A stretch of 64,000 nt of DNA. Origin: an uncultured Gemmatimonadota bacterium (lineage in GTDB: Bacteria > Gemmatimonadota > Gemmatimonadetes > Palauibacterales > Palauibacteraceae). Shown here piece by piece: positions 8,273 to 17,205 of the stretch. Made by a program: the position numbers and the translations under genes. The notes below the pieces were generated by a model. The model did no database searches. It was not told where the DNA came from and saw only the letters and a program-made list of their open reading frames with translations. Location of the stretch: assembly GCA_964510615.1 (NCBI GenBank), contig CAZEBA010000015.1, positions 4,588 through 68,587 of the forward strand, given 5' to 3'. Positions within the stretch are counted from its first letter, which is position 1, and each line of letters opens with the position of its first letter.

Positions 8273-8755
8273 CTATGACGCGACGGCTTCCTCGCGCGTC
8301 GTGAGATGCACGATCCGGGGCTTGACCAGGCGCACGAAGTCGTCGTAGGCCAGGCGCACGAGCTCGGAGTGGGAGCCCGCGTTGAACGCGATCTCCTCGT
8401 CCTCGCCAAGCCGGGCGTCGGCGAACACGTCCATGTCCCAGAGGTTGCCGAACGGTGGCATGGCACCCAGCTCGCAGCTGGAGAAGAGGTCCTTGAACTC
8501 CGACTCCGACGCGAGCTCGACGGCTTCGGCGCCGGCAGCCTCCCGGAGCGCCTCGCGATCCACTCGATCGTCGGCCGGCAGCACCGCCATCGCCAGCTCG
8601 CCATCGATCTTCACCATCACCGTCTTCGCGAGCTCTTTTCCCGGGATGTGCGCGGAGGCGGCGATCTCCTGTGCGGTGAACGCCTGCGAGTGCGAGATCG
8701 TCACGTACTTCACACCCTCGGCCGCCAGGAAACGCTTGAGCTTTTCGACCGGCAT
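8273..8755 (-). CDS. YbaK/EbsC-like aminoacyl-tRNA editing (deacylase) domain protein
   Basis: 160 aa. The pattern HIPGKELAKTVMVKIDGELAMAVLPADDRVD...LGAMPPFGNL...IAFNAGSHSE is typical of the YbaK/ProX-associated domain. Confidence 0.75.
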   Translation of the reverse strand: MPVEKLKRFLAAEGVKYVTISHSQAFTAQEIAASAHIPGKELAKTVMVKIDGELAMAVLPADDRVDREALREAAGAEAVELASESEFKDLFSSCELGAMPPFGNLWDMDVFADARLGEDEEIAFNAGSHSELVRLAYDDFVRLVKPRIVHLTTREEAVAS

Positions 8756-8956
8756 GCTGACCTCCTGCGGAGACGTCCGCTGGCTGATTCCTCCTCGTGA
8801 GCAGTCTAGTGCCGGGCGGGCGGCGCGTCACGTCGGGAGCCCCTCGGCAGCGCCTGCCCGGAGAACCTCGACACCCGCGGGGGTGACATCCGCCCCGGGG
8901 AAGGCGATATACTTCGCCGAGCCTGGCTTCGAGGGACGCGCGCCGGAGGAACCTGC

Positions 8957-9907
8957 TTGGCCGAACAGATCCCGCCGGAGATTCTCGAGGACCTGTACGA
9001 GTATCCGCTTAAGCGGCGGTCCGTCGCGTACCTTCTTTGGCTCTTCCTCGGCGTGTTCGGCGCCCACCGCCTCTACCTGAATCGGGTGTGGACGGGGCTG
9101 GCGATGCTTCTCACCTTCGGCGGTGCGCTCGTCTGGTGGGTCGTCGACTTCTTCCTCATCCCGCGGCTGGTCTTCCGGCAAAACACCATCCAGGGGCAGC
9201 GCAGGGATCTCGGCCTGCCGCCGACCGGCCTCGAGTTTCTCCCGCCCTCGGATGGCTCGGAGCTGGGAGCGCTCCCGCGCTGGTACGATCCCGACTCGCG
9301 GCGCGGGGCGCGGGGAGCGAGGCGAATGCTGGCCGACGCGGTCGTGCTCTGTTTTGCCGGCTTCGCGCTCGGCAGCGTGAGCCGAGCCACCGGCAACATC
9401 GAGGCGGTCGCCGCTGTGGGCGCCCTGCTCGTCGTCCTGAACTTCGGCCGCCAGCTGGCACCCCTCCACCACGTGCCCCTCGTCGGCGACCTGGTTCGCT
9501 GGAGCTATCGGCTTCGACTCTTCTACCACCACGTCAAGCCGGGCAACGCGCTGGCCCGCCTCGTCCGACCGATCCTCGGCATCTTCTATGCGCCGTTTCG
9601 GAAGAAGAGCCGGGCCGAGGTGAGTCTTTACCTCCGGCTGGGCGGAGCCTTCGTGGTGCTGTTTCTGCTGGAGGACCTGGCGACCGAGGTCGTGCAGCCG
9701 TTCGTGACCCGGGCGAGCCTGGCCGGCCTCACCGGCATCTGGTGGATCACCGATGTGGTGGTCACCCTGATCGAGATCTTCGCCTTCACGGCGCCGATCG
9801 GGGCCACGCTGATGATCTACCTGCTCACGCGCCGGTCTCGCGGCGCGCTGCTGACGATGAGCGCCGTGACCGTCGGCGCCGTGATGGTAGGACTGCTCTC
9901 CTCCTGA
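8957..9907 (+). CDS. TM2 domain-containing membrane protein
   Basis: 316 aa with a TTG start in the track. The N-terminal stretch KRRSVAYLLWLFLGVFGAHRLYLNRVWTGLAMLLTFGGALVWWVVDFFLI is the TM2 domain signature. Several further TM helices follow. Confidence 0.8.
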   Translation: MAEQIPPEILEDLYEYPLKRRSVAYLLWLFLGVFGAHRLYLNRVWTGLAMLLTFGGALVWWVVDFFLIPRLVFRQNTIQGQRRDLGLPPTGLEFLPPSDGSELGALPRWYDPDSRRGARGARRMLADAVVLCFAGFALGSVSRATGNIEAVAAVGALLVVLNFGRQLAPLHHVPLVGDLVRWSYRLRLFYHHVKPGNALARLVRPILGIFYAPFRKKSRAEVSLYLRLGGAFVVLFLLEDLATEVVQPFVTRASLAGLTGIWWITDVVVTLIEIFAFTAPIGATLMIYLLTRRSRGALLTMSAVTVGAVMVGLLSS

Positions 9908-9919
9908 GGCCCGCCCGGG

Positions 9920-10603
9920 CTACATCAGCTCGGCGGCATCGTCCTCATCGAAGTAGTCGAGCTTGTGGAGGGGCATCACGACGCTCGTGAGCACGTTGAC
10001 GAGGTGGCCGTTGAACCGCTTGTAGTATCGGGTGGCGAGCACCAGCGCCGATGCGGTGGCGGCGTCGTACTCGCCATGCGCGATCGTCGCCACCAGGGCG
10101 TCGCAGCGGCGCCCGATGTTCTTGCCGTACCGGATCAGGGTGAGAGCCCGCTCTCGCTGCGACCCGGCCAGGACCTCCGAGGTAGCGGCGAACGTCTCTT
10201 CGACCGCCGCCCGAATCTCCCGCAGCTCGGCCACCCGTTCGTCGTCCACCAGCGGGCGGGCGTAGAAGTCCCGCACCTCCGCCAGATTCTTGGCGTAGTC
10301 GCCGATCCGCTCTACATCCTTCACTAGGCTCATCAGCGCCAGGCAGTACGGCACGCTCTTGGTGTTCTCAGGGAACGACAGGTGCGCGACAACGGCCTTG
10401 CGGATCTTCCGTTCCAGCTTGTTGACCTTGACGTCCTGCGAGTAGATGTCGCTGCGATCCTCCGCTGTCGCATCCTCGCCGAAGAAAATCCGACCGGCCC
10501 GAACGGTGATGTCACGGGTCATCTCGAGCATGGCAGCGAAGTCCTCCCCCATCGCCTGGAGGGGCCTTCCGTCCCGGAAAACGCTCAGGAGCTCTCGAAG
10601 CAT
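9920..10603 (-). CDS. PhoU-domain protein
   Basis: 227 aa. It has two PhoU-like helical repeats (VKDVERIGDYAKNLAE... / YYKRFNGHLVNV). It sits immediately downstream of a Na/Pi cotransporter gene. Confidence 0.75.
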   Translation of the reverse strand: MLRELLSVFRDGRPLQAMGEDFAAMLEMTRDITVRAGRIFFGEDATAEDRSDIYSQDVKVNKLERKIRKAVVAHLSFPENTKSVPYCLALMSLVKDVERIGDYAKNLAEVRDFYARPLVDDERVAELREIRAAVEETFAATSEVLAGSQRERALTLIRYGKNIGRRCDALVATIAHGEYDAATASALVLATRYYKRFNGHLVNVLTSVVMPLHKLDYFDEDDAAELM

Positions 10604-10643
10604 CTGCCGACCTCCATGTGGCCAGCCGACGGCGCCGCGGCGG

Positions 10644-11816
10644 CTAGCCGGAAAAGTGATCCAAGATAGCGAACAAGGTGGGCACTCCGTAGAAGAGTCC
10701 GAGGACGTAGAGGAGCGCCCAGCGCTTCGAGCGCACGGCCGTGGCGGCGAGCCAGCGCGCCGCGCCGAGCGGGATCCGGCGCACCGCCGGCACCGGATAG
10801 ATCATGAGCGTGCCGGAGAGGTTGAAGAGCAGATGCACCAGCGCGATGGTCACCGCCGCCTCCGCATGCGGGCCCGTCGCGGCGAGCGCAGCCAGGAAGG
10901 CCGTGACCGTCGTCCCGATGTTGGCGCCGATCGTGATCGGGAACGCCTGCCGCAGGGTCAGGATGCCGGCTCCCGCCAGCGGCACCAGGAGCGAGGTGGT
11001 GATCGAGCTCGACTGCACCATCACCGTCACGATGACCCCCACCACCATCGCGAGCAGCGCGCTCACATCCAGCGCCTTCGAGATGAAAAGCTCGACCCGG
11101 GTCTGGAGCGTCGAGCGCATCACCTTCACCAGCGACACCAGGGCGGTGAAGATCAAAACGGCGCTGACGAGAATGAGCAGGATGGCGCTCAGCTGTGGGC
11201 GGTCGCTGACCAGTCCGATCGCGCCCTTGATCGGCTCGAGCCCGACCTTGAGCAAGCCCTTGATTGGGCTCTCGTACTGGGCGCCGCCCAACCCGGTGAG
11301 GTGCACGGCCATCAGAGTCGCCGTCCGCCGCAGGTAGCCGGTGGCCAGCTCCAGGGGCAGGAGCACCAGGACGGTCAGGTAGTTGAAGAAATCGTGACAC
11401 GTCGCGACGGCGAACGCGCGGCGAAACTCGTCGGGCCGGCCCATATGGGCCAGCGAGACGAGCGTGTTCGTCACCGTGGTACCGATGTTCGCTCCCATGA
11501 TCATCGGCACCGCGTTGGCGATCGGCAGCGGGTTCACCGGCGCCGCCACCAGGGCCACCACCAGCGAGGTCGTGACCGAGGAGCTCTGGACCAGGGTGGT
11601 GGCGAGGATGCCGACCATCAACCCCATGAACGGGTTGGACGTGGCCGTGAAGAAGGAGTCCAGGAATCCCCGCCCCAGGGACTTGAATCCGTCGCCCAGC
11701 CCGTTGACTCCCAGCATGAACACGAACAGGAGAGCGAGGACGAGGAGCGCGCGCGGAAGCAGCCCGAGCGGCGCGGCTTCGTCGACCGACTCGACGGCGG
11801 GCGACCGCAGGGCCAC
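10644..11816 (-). CDS. Na+/phosphate cotransporter family protein (NptA-like)
   Basis: 390 aa polytopic protein with the duplicated Na_Pi_cotrans signature (LVQSSSVTTSLVVALV and MVQSSSITTSLLVPLAGAG; GANIGTTVT twice). Confidence 0.9.
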   Translation of the reverse strand: MALRSPAVESVDEAAPLGLLPRALLVLALLFVFMLGVNGLGDGFKSLGRGFLDSFFTATSNPFMGLMVGILATTLVQSSSVTTSLVVALVAAPVNPLPIANAVPMIMGANIGTTVTNTLVSLAHMGRPDEFRRAFAVATCHDFFNYLTVLVLLPLELATGYLRRTATLMAVHLTGLGGAQYESPIKGLLKVGLEPIKGAIGLVSDRPQLSAILLILVSAVLIFTALVSLVKVMRSTLQTRVELFISKALDVSALLAMVVGVIVTVMVQSSSITTSLLVPLAGAGILTLRQAFPITIGANIGTTVTAFLAALAATGPHAEAAVTIALVHLLFNLSGTLMIYPVPAVRRIPLGAARWLAATAVRSKRWALLYVLGLFYGVPTLFAILDHFSG

Positions 11817-11920
11817 GCCAGGCCTAGGACACCGGAGGTGTATCAGACATGTAACGACAACCTGCCGGGCGCCTCAGCCGCCCTGCAAGGGCATCGTGGA
11901 CGCCCCGCGCCGGTCGTGCC

Positions 11921-13174
11921 TCAATGCACGGCCGGCTCTCGGTCCCTGGGCACAATCTCGACGAACTGGCCGTACGTCACCGGCTCCTCCAGCCGGCACG
12001 ACCAGGCCAGCCGATCCTGCCAGACCGTCATGTCCGGACAGCCGTCGCACATGTCCGTCCGTCCGTCCGGCAGCACATCGGCCGGCTGGATGATCATCAC
12101 CGACTGGAAGTGGGCCCGGCCGAGCGCTCGGATCGGATGGAGCGGGAGCGCCCGGAGATAGGCGCCGGCCGCCCGCGCGATTCCGCGATCGAACGGCGCC
12201 AGCAGCATCATCGCCCGGCCCCGACGCTGGACCCTGGGGTGGCTGTAGGCCAGATAGCGCCCGTGCCTGAGATGGTGGGAGGTCTGGGCCAGTTCCATGA
12301 ACTTCGGCCCGACGTATCCGTATATTTTGCCGCGAGTTCCGATCCTACCTGTCAGAAGCCACTTGAAGGAATCGGGTCGCTGGGTTCCGTTCAGGTAGGC
12401 GCACGGCGTGAAATCCGGGAACCGGCCCCGGATCGTCTCGAGGACGTCGGTCGACTTGATGTCGATGCGGCCCGCGTCGTCGGCCGCGTACGGCAGCGGG
12501 CTGAAGTCGACCTTTTCGCCGCCCACGTAGTAGTCGAAATCGCCTCCCACCAGACCGGCGCGGAAAGCGATGAAGACGATCACGTGCACGATGTCGATGT
12601 GCTTCTGACCCCACGCCACGACCTCGGGAACGTGCTCGAGCGTGTCGCCGTACACCGTCTGGTTGAACGAGCAGGTGAGATCCCCGACGCTCGCGATCAT
12701 CTCCGCGTAGTGGAGCCGCAGATCGTTGTGCTGGGTCTCGTCCTTGTCCCGCCAGTGAGGCCTCCGCTGCTTGCTGTCGATGTGCAGCGTCAGGCCCCAG
12801 AGGCCGGCGCGCTTCAGCTCGACGAGCAGGTCCCGCGTCAGGGCCAACCCGTTCGTGTTCAGGATCGGCTTGATGCCCCGCTCCGCGATCATGGCCACGA
12901 TACCCGCGATCTCCGGGTGCGTCAGCGGATCCCCGCCGGCGATCGACACCCCGTCCGCGGTGCGGAGGCGGGTGAACAGATCCAGCTCCCGTCCGATCTC
13001 CTCCAGGGGCTTGTGGGCCTTCGGATCGTTCGAGCGGTAGCAGCCAAGGCAGGCCAGGTTGCAGGCCGCCGTCGGCTCGAGCCAGGAGATCGAGTTGTCC
13101 GGCAGACTCCACGGCAGCCTGTACAGCTCCCGATGGTCGAGTTCCATGGTCAGAGTCCTCCGCTGGGGTTTCAC
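11921..13174 (-). CDS. radical SAM protein, function unknown
   Basis: 417 aa. It has the CxxxCxxC cluster LEPTAACNLACLGCY, the GGDPL SAM-binding motif (VSIAGGDPLTHPEI) and a C-terminal Cys cluster DMCDGCPDMTVWQDRLAWSC. Confidence 0.85.
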   Translation of the reverse strand: MKPQRRTLTMELDHRELYRLPWSLPDNSISWLEPTAACNLACLGCYRSNDPKAHKPLEEIGRELDLFTRLRTADGVSIAGGDPLTHPEIAGIVAMIAERGIKPILNTNGLALTRDLLVELKRAGLWGLTLHIDSKQRRPHWRDKDETQHNDLRLHYAEMIASVGDLTCSFNQTVYGDTLEHVPEVVAWGQKHIDIVHVIVFIAFRAGLVGGDFDYYVGGEKVDFSPLPYAADDAGRIDIKSTDVLETIRGRFPDFTPCAYLNGTQRPDSFKWLLTGRIGTRGKIYGYVGPKFMELAQTSHHLRHGRYLAYSHPRVQRRGRAMMLLAPFDRGIARAAGAYLRALPLHPIRALGRAHFQSVMIIQPADVLPDGRTDMCDGCPDMTVWQDRLAWSCRLEEPVTYGQFVEIVPRDREPAVH

Positions 13175-13318
13175 GGAAGGTATGCATGGTCGGAAATGGG
13201 GTAAGTGGGGCGATTCCCTTCAGGCGATGTACGGAAACTCCCCACAGCCGGAGGGCACGATTCTCCGCGCTAGGCTGAGCCACTTGCCGGCGGACGTGGG
13301 GTGGAGCAACGTGCATGC

Positions 13319-14068
13319 ATGGTTCCGCCGTTTCGCACCTCCCTCACCCTCGGCACGATCCTCGCCTGCGCCGCCGGCTGTGGCTCCGGGTCCTCGGCTC
13401 TCGTCTCGGACGAGCAGCTGCTCGAGTTCGAGCGGGCCGCCTTGACCCGACAGCTCGATGAGGCACCGAGCTCCCTGGACCAGCTGCTCGAGCACGGGGA
13501 CGTCGTGGTCTCGATCCGGGAGGAGCTGCTGCGGGAGCTGATCGGGGCCTCGTTGCCGCTCCGGCAGCAGGTCGCCGACCGCTTCCTCCTCACGGCGCAC
13601 GATGTCGAAGTCGACTTCCGCCCCGGAATGGCGCTCGTGCGGTTTGCCGGCCGGGTCTCGCCCGTGGGCACGCCGAGCCTGTTCGCCGACATCGACATCC
13701 TGGCCTCGCTCGAGCTGCTCGAGCCGCGGCCCGAGACTCCGATGCTGCGGGGATCACTTTCACTGCTCGGCTTCCGGACCACCGAATTGGGGGTGGGAAA
13801 GCTCGCACCGCCGGTGGAGCGGCTGGTGAGCGACCTGGCCCGACGAAGGCTGGAACGGTTCGGCGACCTGTTCGGGGAGATCCAGATCCCCATTCGCCTC
13901 GAGCAGGAGATCCGCATCCCCGCTGTCGAAACAGCGGACGTCACGATCCCTGAGGCGAGCCTCCCGCTTCGCTCGGAGGTCCGCGGTGCCTGGGTGGGCG
14001 AGGACCGCCTCTGGGTGGCGCTGGGGCTGACACTTGCACCTGCCGAGCCCGCCGGAGGAGGTCGATGA
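13319..14068 (+). CDS. hypothetical lipoprotein
   Basis: Track ORF 13301..14068. The ATG at 13319 gives MVPPFRTSLTLGTILACAAGC (lipobox). Composition is acidic and Leu-rich, whereas the antisense ORF 13270..14370 is Ser/Arg/Pro junk. The stop overlaps the next start (ATGA at 14065). Confidence 0.65.
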   Translation: MVPPFRTSLTLGTILACAAGCGSGSSALVSDEQLLEFERAALTRQLDEAPSSLDQLLEHGDVVVSIREELLRELIGASLPLRQQVADRFLLTAHDVEVDFRPGMALVRFAGRVSPVGTPSLFADIDILASLELLEPRPETPMLRGSLSLLGFRTTELGVGKLAPPVERLVSDLARRRLERFGDLFGEIQIPIRLEQEIRIPAVETADVTIPEASLPLRSEVRGAWVGEDRLWVALGLTLAPAEPAGGGR

Positions 14069-15069
14069 TCCCGCTCCTCCTTCTGCTCCTGCTCGGCCTG
14101 CAGGCCTGCGGCGGCCGCGGCACCGATGATCCAACGGAGGACGCCCGGCTCCTCGAGCTGAGGGAGCAGGTAGCGATGCTCCGTGACTCGCTCGCGAGCC
14201 GCTTCGCCGCCGACCCTGTCGGCAGCCGGCAGGACACGGCCGACATCCTGGTCGGGATCCGGACCGAACTCGTCCAGGACCTCGTGGCTCGCGCCTCGAC
14301 GGCTTATTTGGACCAGGTGCGCCTTCACCTCGCCCCCGACGCCCTCGTCGACGCCGGCGATGAGGTCCACATCCGGCTCGGCCTCTTCCGTGTCTATGCC
14401 GGCAAGTGGCGGCTTCAGGCCAACATCCGGCGCATCGAGACGTCACTCACCGTCCGCCAGATCTCGCTGACTCCCGCCGATTCCAACCGCTTCGAGATGC
14501 TGGTGCCGGTCGAAGTCGGCGGCGGATCGGGCGAGGCCGACATCGACTTCAGCTGGGACTCGGCTACGATGGCCACGGCCGTCTGTCGCGACTTCGAGGT
14601 CCACGACGCGTTCGCGGGCGTGGTTCAGCCGCGGGTGTACGAGATACCGGGACGGGTCCGACTCGTCGCCGATGCCGGCACCGTGCAGGCCGTACCCGAG
14701 TTCACGGAGCAGATCGAGGTCCAGCCGGAGCCCACGGAAGAATCCTGGCGAAAGGTACGGGAGATGCTGGAGCGCCAGAACTCGATCTTCCGCTGCGGGA
14801 TCGCCGTTCAGCCCGACAAGATGGAAGAGCTCCTCCGCGGCCTGCTGCGAAAGGGGTTCTCCTTCCGCCTCCCGACCTCGATCATGAAGCCGATACCTCT
14901 GCCTGCCGCCGTACGAGAGGACGTTCTCCTGGGCGACCGTGCGCTATCGGTGGCCGCCCGGCCGACGCTGCTCGCGCTCTCGGCCGACTGGCTCTGGTAC
15001 GGCACCCGGGTGACCGTCGGGAGCGGGCCGGCATCCCCCGACGACCCACCCTCCTCATCCGGCCCGTAG
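14065..15069 (+). CDS. hypothetical lipoprotein (apparent paralogue of the preceding gene)
   Basis: 334 aa. The N-terminus is MIPLLLLLLLGLQAC (lipobox) and a GGAGGAGG SD lies 5 nt upstream. Its N-terminal helical region resembles the upstream protein (DILVGIRTELVQDLVARAS vs DVVVSIREELLRELIGASL). Confidence 0.7.
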   Translation: MIPLLLLLLLGLQACGGRGTDDPTEDARLLELREQVAMLRDSLASRFAADPVGSRQDTADILVGIRTELVQDLVARASTAYLDQVRLHLAPDALVDAGDEVHIRLGLFRVYAGKWRLQANIRRIETSLTVRQISLTPADSNRFEMLVPVEVGGGSGEADIDFSWDSATMATAVCRDFEVHDAFAGVVQPRVYEIPGRVRLVADAGTVQAVPEFTEQIEVQPEPTEESWRKVREMLERQNSIFRCGIAVQPDKMEELLRGLLRKGFSFRLPTSIMKPIPLPAAVREDVLLGDRALSVAARPTLLALSADWLWYGTRVTVGSGPASPDDPPSSSGP

Positions 15070-15082
15070 CGCGTCGGTCACG

Positions 15083-16744
15083 GTGGAGCTCACCCGCCTG
15101 ATCGACGAGCTGTCGCGCCCGGAGGCCTACCCGCACTCGTTCGAGGACTTCCAGCTTCACCACACGCATATCTCGGTCGTCTTTCTCGCCGGCGGTTTCG
15201 CCTACAAGGTCAAGAAACCCGTGGATCTCGGCTTCCTGGATTTCACCACCCTCGACAAGCGGCTCCACTACTGCGAGGAGGAAGTGCGCCTCAACCGGCG
15301 GCTCGCGAAGTCCGTGTACCTGGGCGTCGTACCGATCACCGTGTGGGACGGCGGGCTGCGGATGGGGGGTGAGGGAGCGGCCGTCGAATACGCCGTCAAG
15401 ATGCGCCGTCTGCCGCCGGAGGCGACCTTCCTCGCCTGGCTCGCGCGCGGCGAGCTCCGGCCGAGCCACGTGGACGGGCTCGGACGACGCCTGGCGGCGT
15501 TTCACGCCTCCGTTCCCCCCTGTTCCACCGCGAGCCGATACGGACGGTTCGAGGTCGTGGCGGGGAACGCTCGCGAGAATCTGGAGCAGTCGCGACCCCA
15601 CATCGGAGAGACGATCAGTCACGCGGTGTTCTCTCGACTGACCGAGCTCCTGGAGCAGCGGCTGAAGGAACTTCGTACCCTGATCGAGGAGCGGGCGTCT
15701 GCCGGCGTGCCCCGCGACACGCACGGAGACCTCCACCTGGAGCACGTCTACCTCTTCCCCGAGCGGGAGCCGCCAGCCGACCTTCTGGTCATCGACTGCA
15801 TCGAGTTCAACGAGCGCTTCCGGTACGCGGATCCGGTGGCGGATGCGGCCTTCCTCACGATGGATCTCGTGTTCCACCGACGGGCCGACCTCGCGCGGAC
15901 GTTCGCCGACGCCTACTTCGACGCCTCCTCGGACGCCGAGGGCCAGCGGCTCCTGCCGTTCTACGTCGCCTACCGGGCCGCCGTACGCGCCAAGGTGGAG
16001 GGGATGATCACCGAGGAAGCCGAAGTGCCCGATGCAGAGCGGCAGGCCGCTGTCGAGCGCTCTCGCGCCCACTGGCTCCTCGCCCTCTCCGAGCTGGAGG
16101 ATCCGGCACGGCGGCCCTGCCTGCTCCTGCTGAGCGGACTTCCCGGGACCGGAAAGACGACCGTTGGCCGCGCCGTGGCCGAGCGGGCGGACCTCACCAT
16201 TCTCTCTTCCGACCTCACCCGCAAGCGACTGGCCGGGCTCGATCCGGAGGAGTCCGCCACCGCCCCCTTCGGCGAGGGAATCTATGCCCCGGAGTGGGAC
16301 CGGAGGACGTACGCCGAGCTCCTTCGCCGCGCCCGCCGCGGCCTGTTTGGCGGACAGCGGGTGCTGGTGGATGCGAGCTTCCGGCGGCAGGCGGACCGGG
16401 AGGCGTTCTTCTCGCTCGCGGACATGCTCGGCGTGCCCGCGTACGTGGTGCTGTGCCATGCCCCGGCGGAGACCGTGCTCCGGCGGCTCGACCGGCGCCG
16501 GCCCGGCCGAACGGCGTCGGACGCGGACAGCCGCATCTTTCTGGGGGCTGCGCAGGCATGGGAGGAGCTGCCACCGGCGATGGCGGGTAGGGTCTGGCGC
16601 CTGGACACCGGACGCGAGCCGGCAGCCGCCATAGAGCAGGCGCTTTCGCATCTCCGGGAGGCGCGACTGCTCGGACCTCGATACCTTGCGGGCGAGCCGC
16701 CTCGGAACCAACCAACCGGGCAGGAACGGGAGAACGAGTCATGA
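15083..16744 (+). CDS. bifunctional aminoglycoside-phosphotransferase-like kinase / P-loop (AAA_33-like) ATP-binding protein
   Basis: 553 aa. It has an APH-like N-terminal domain ([20 protein letters not shown]) and a C-terminal P-loop [16 protein letters not shown]. The stop overlaps the next start (ATGA at 16741). Confidence 0.8.
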   Translation: MELTRLIDELSRPEAYPHSFEDFQLHHTHISVVFLAGGFAYKVKKPVDLGFLDFTTLDKRLHYCEEEVRLNRRLAKSVYLGVVPITVWDGGLRMGGEGAAVEYAVKMRRLPPEATFLAWLARGELRPSHVDGLGRRLAAFHASVPPCSTASRYGRFEVVAGNARENLEQSRPHIGETISHAVFSRLTELLEQRLKELRTLIEERASAGVPRDTHGDLHLEHVYLFPEREPPADLLVIDCIEFNERFRYADPVADAAFLTMDLVFHRRADLARTFADAYFDASSDAEGQRLLPFYVAYRAAVRAKVEGMITEEAEVPDAERQAAVERSRAHWLLALSELEDPARRPCLLLLSGLPGTGKTTVGRAVAERADLTILSSDLTRKRLAGLDPEESATAPFGEGIYAPEWDRRTYAELLRRARRGLFGGQRVLVDASFRRQADREAFFSLADMLGVPAYVVLCHAPAETVLRRLDRRRPGRTASDADSRIFLGAAQAWEELPPAMAGRVWRLDTGREPAAAIEQALSHLREARLLGPRYLAGEPPRNQPTGQERENES

Positions 16745-17205
16745 TTCCTCTCACCCTGCGGGTGAACGGCCGGGAACGGCGCGTGAACGTCGCTCCGGAC
16801 ACCCCCCTTCTCTGGGTCCTTCGGGACCACCTGGGTCTCACCGGCACCAAGTACGGCTGCGGGATCGCCGAATGCGGCGCCTGCACGGTCCACCTGGACG
16901 GACGGGCGGAGCTGTCGTGTCAGGTGAGCGTGTCGGACGCGGCTGGAAGCGAGATCATCACGATCGAAGGCCTGTCCGAGGATCTCGGCCACCTCGTCCA
17001 GCAGGCCTGGATCGCGGAGGACGTCCCCCAGTGCGGCTACTGCCAGTCCGGCCAGATCATGACGGCGGCGGCGCTGCTGGCGGCTAACCCCGCCCCCGGC
17101 GATGAGGAGATCGACAGGACCATGTCGGGCGTGCTCTGCCGCTGCGGCACGTACCAGCGGATCCGGGCGGCCATCCGCCGCGCCGCGCAGGAGGTCGCGC
17201 GATGA
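16741..17205 (+). CDS. (2Fe-2S)-binding small subunit of a molybdopterin aldehyde/isoquinoline oxidoreductase (IorA-like)
   Basis: 154 aa with the signatures [22 protein letters not shown] and [10 protein letters not shown]. Confidence 0.95.
   Translation: MIPLTLRVNGRERRVNVAPDTPLLWVLRDHLGLTGTKYGCGIAECGACTVHLDGRAELSCQVSVSDAAGSEIITIEGLSEDLGHLVQQAWIAEDVPQCGYCQSGQIMTAAALLAANPAPGDEEIDRTMSGVLCRCGTYQRIRAAIRRAAQEVAR

Noticed and set aside
7096-8604. 502-aa ORF spanning the PEBP gene, the PD-(D/E)xK-like gene region and the YbaK gene region. Similar over-extended ORFs are 232..1515, 1230..1769, 20001..21026, 29161..30249, 31105..33978, 34013..34591, 56967..59141, 58841..60841 and 62620..63033.
   Set aside because: Only the 3' parts carry recognisable domains, signal peptides and SD sequences. 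The 5' extensions overlap neighbouring genuine genes and have junk composition. Start codons were moved inward accordingly.
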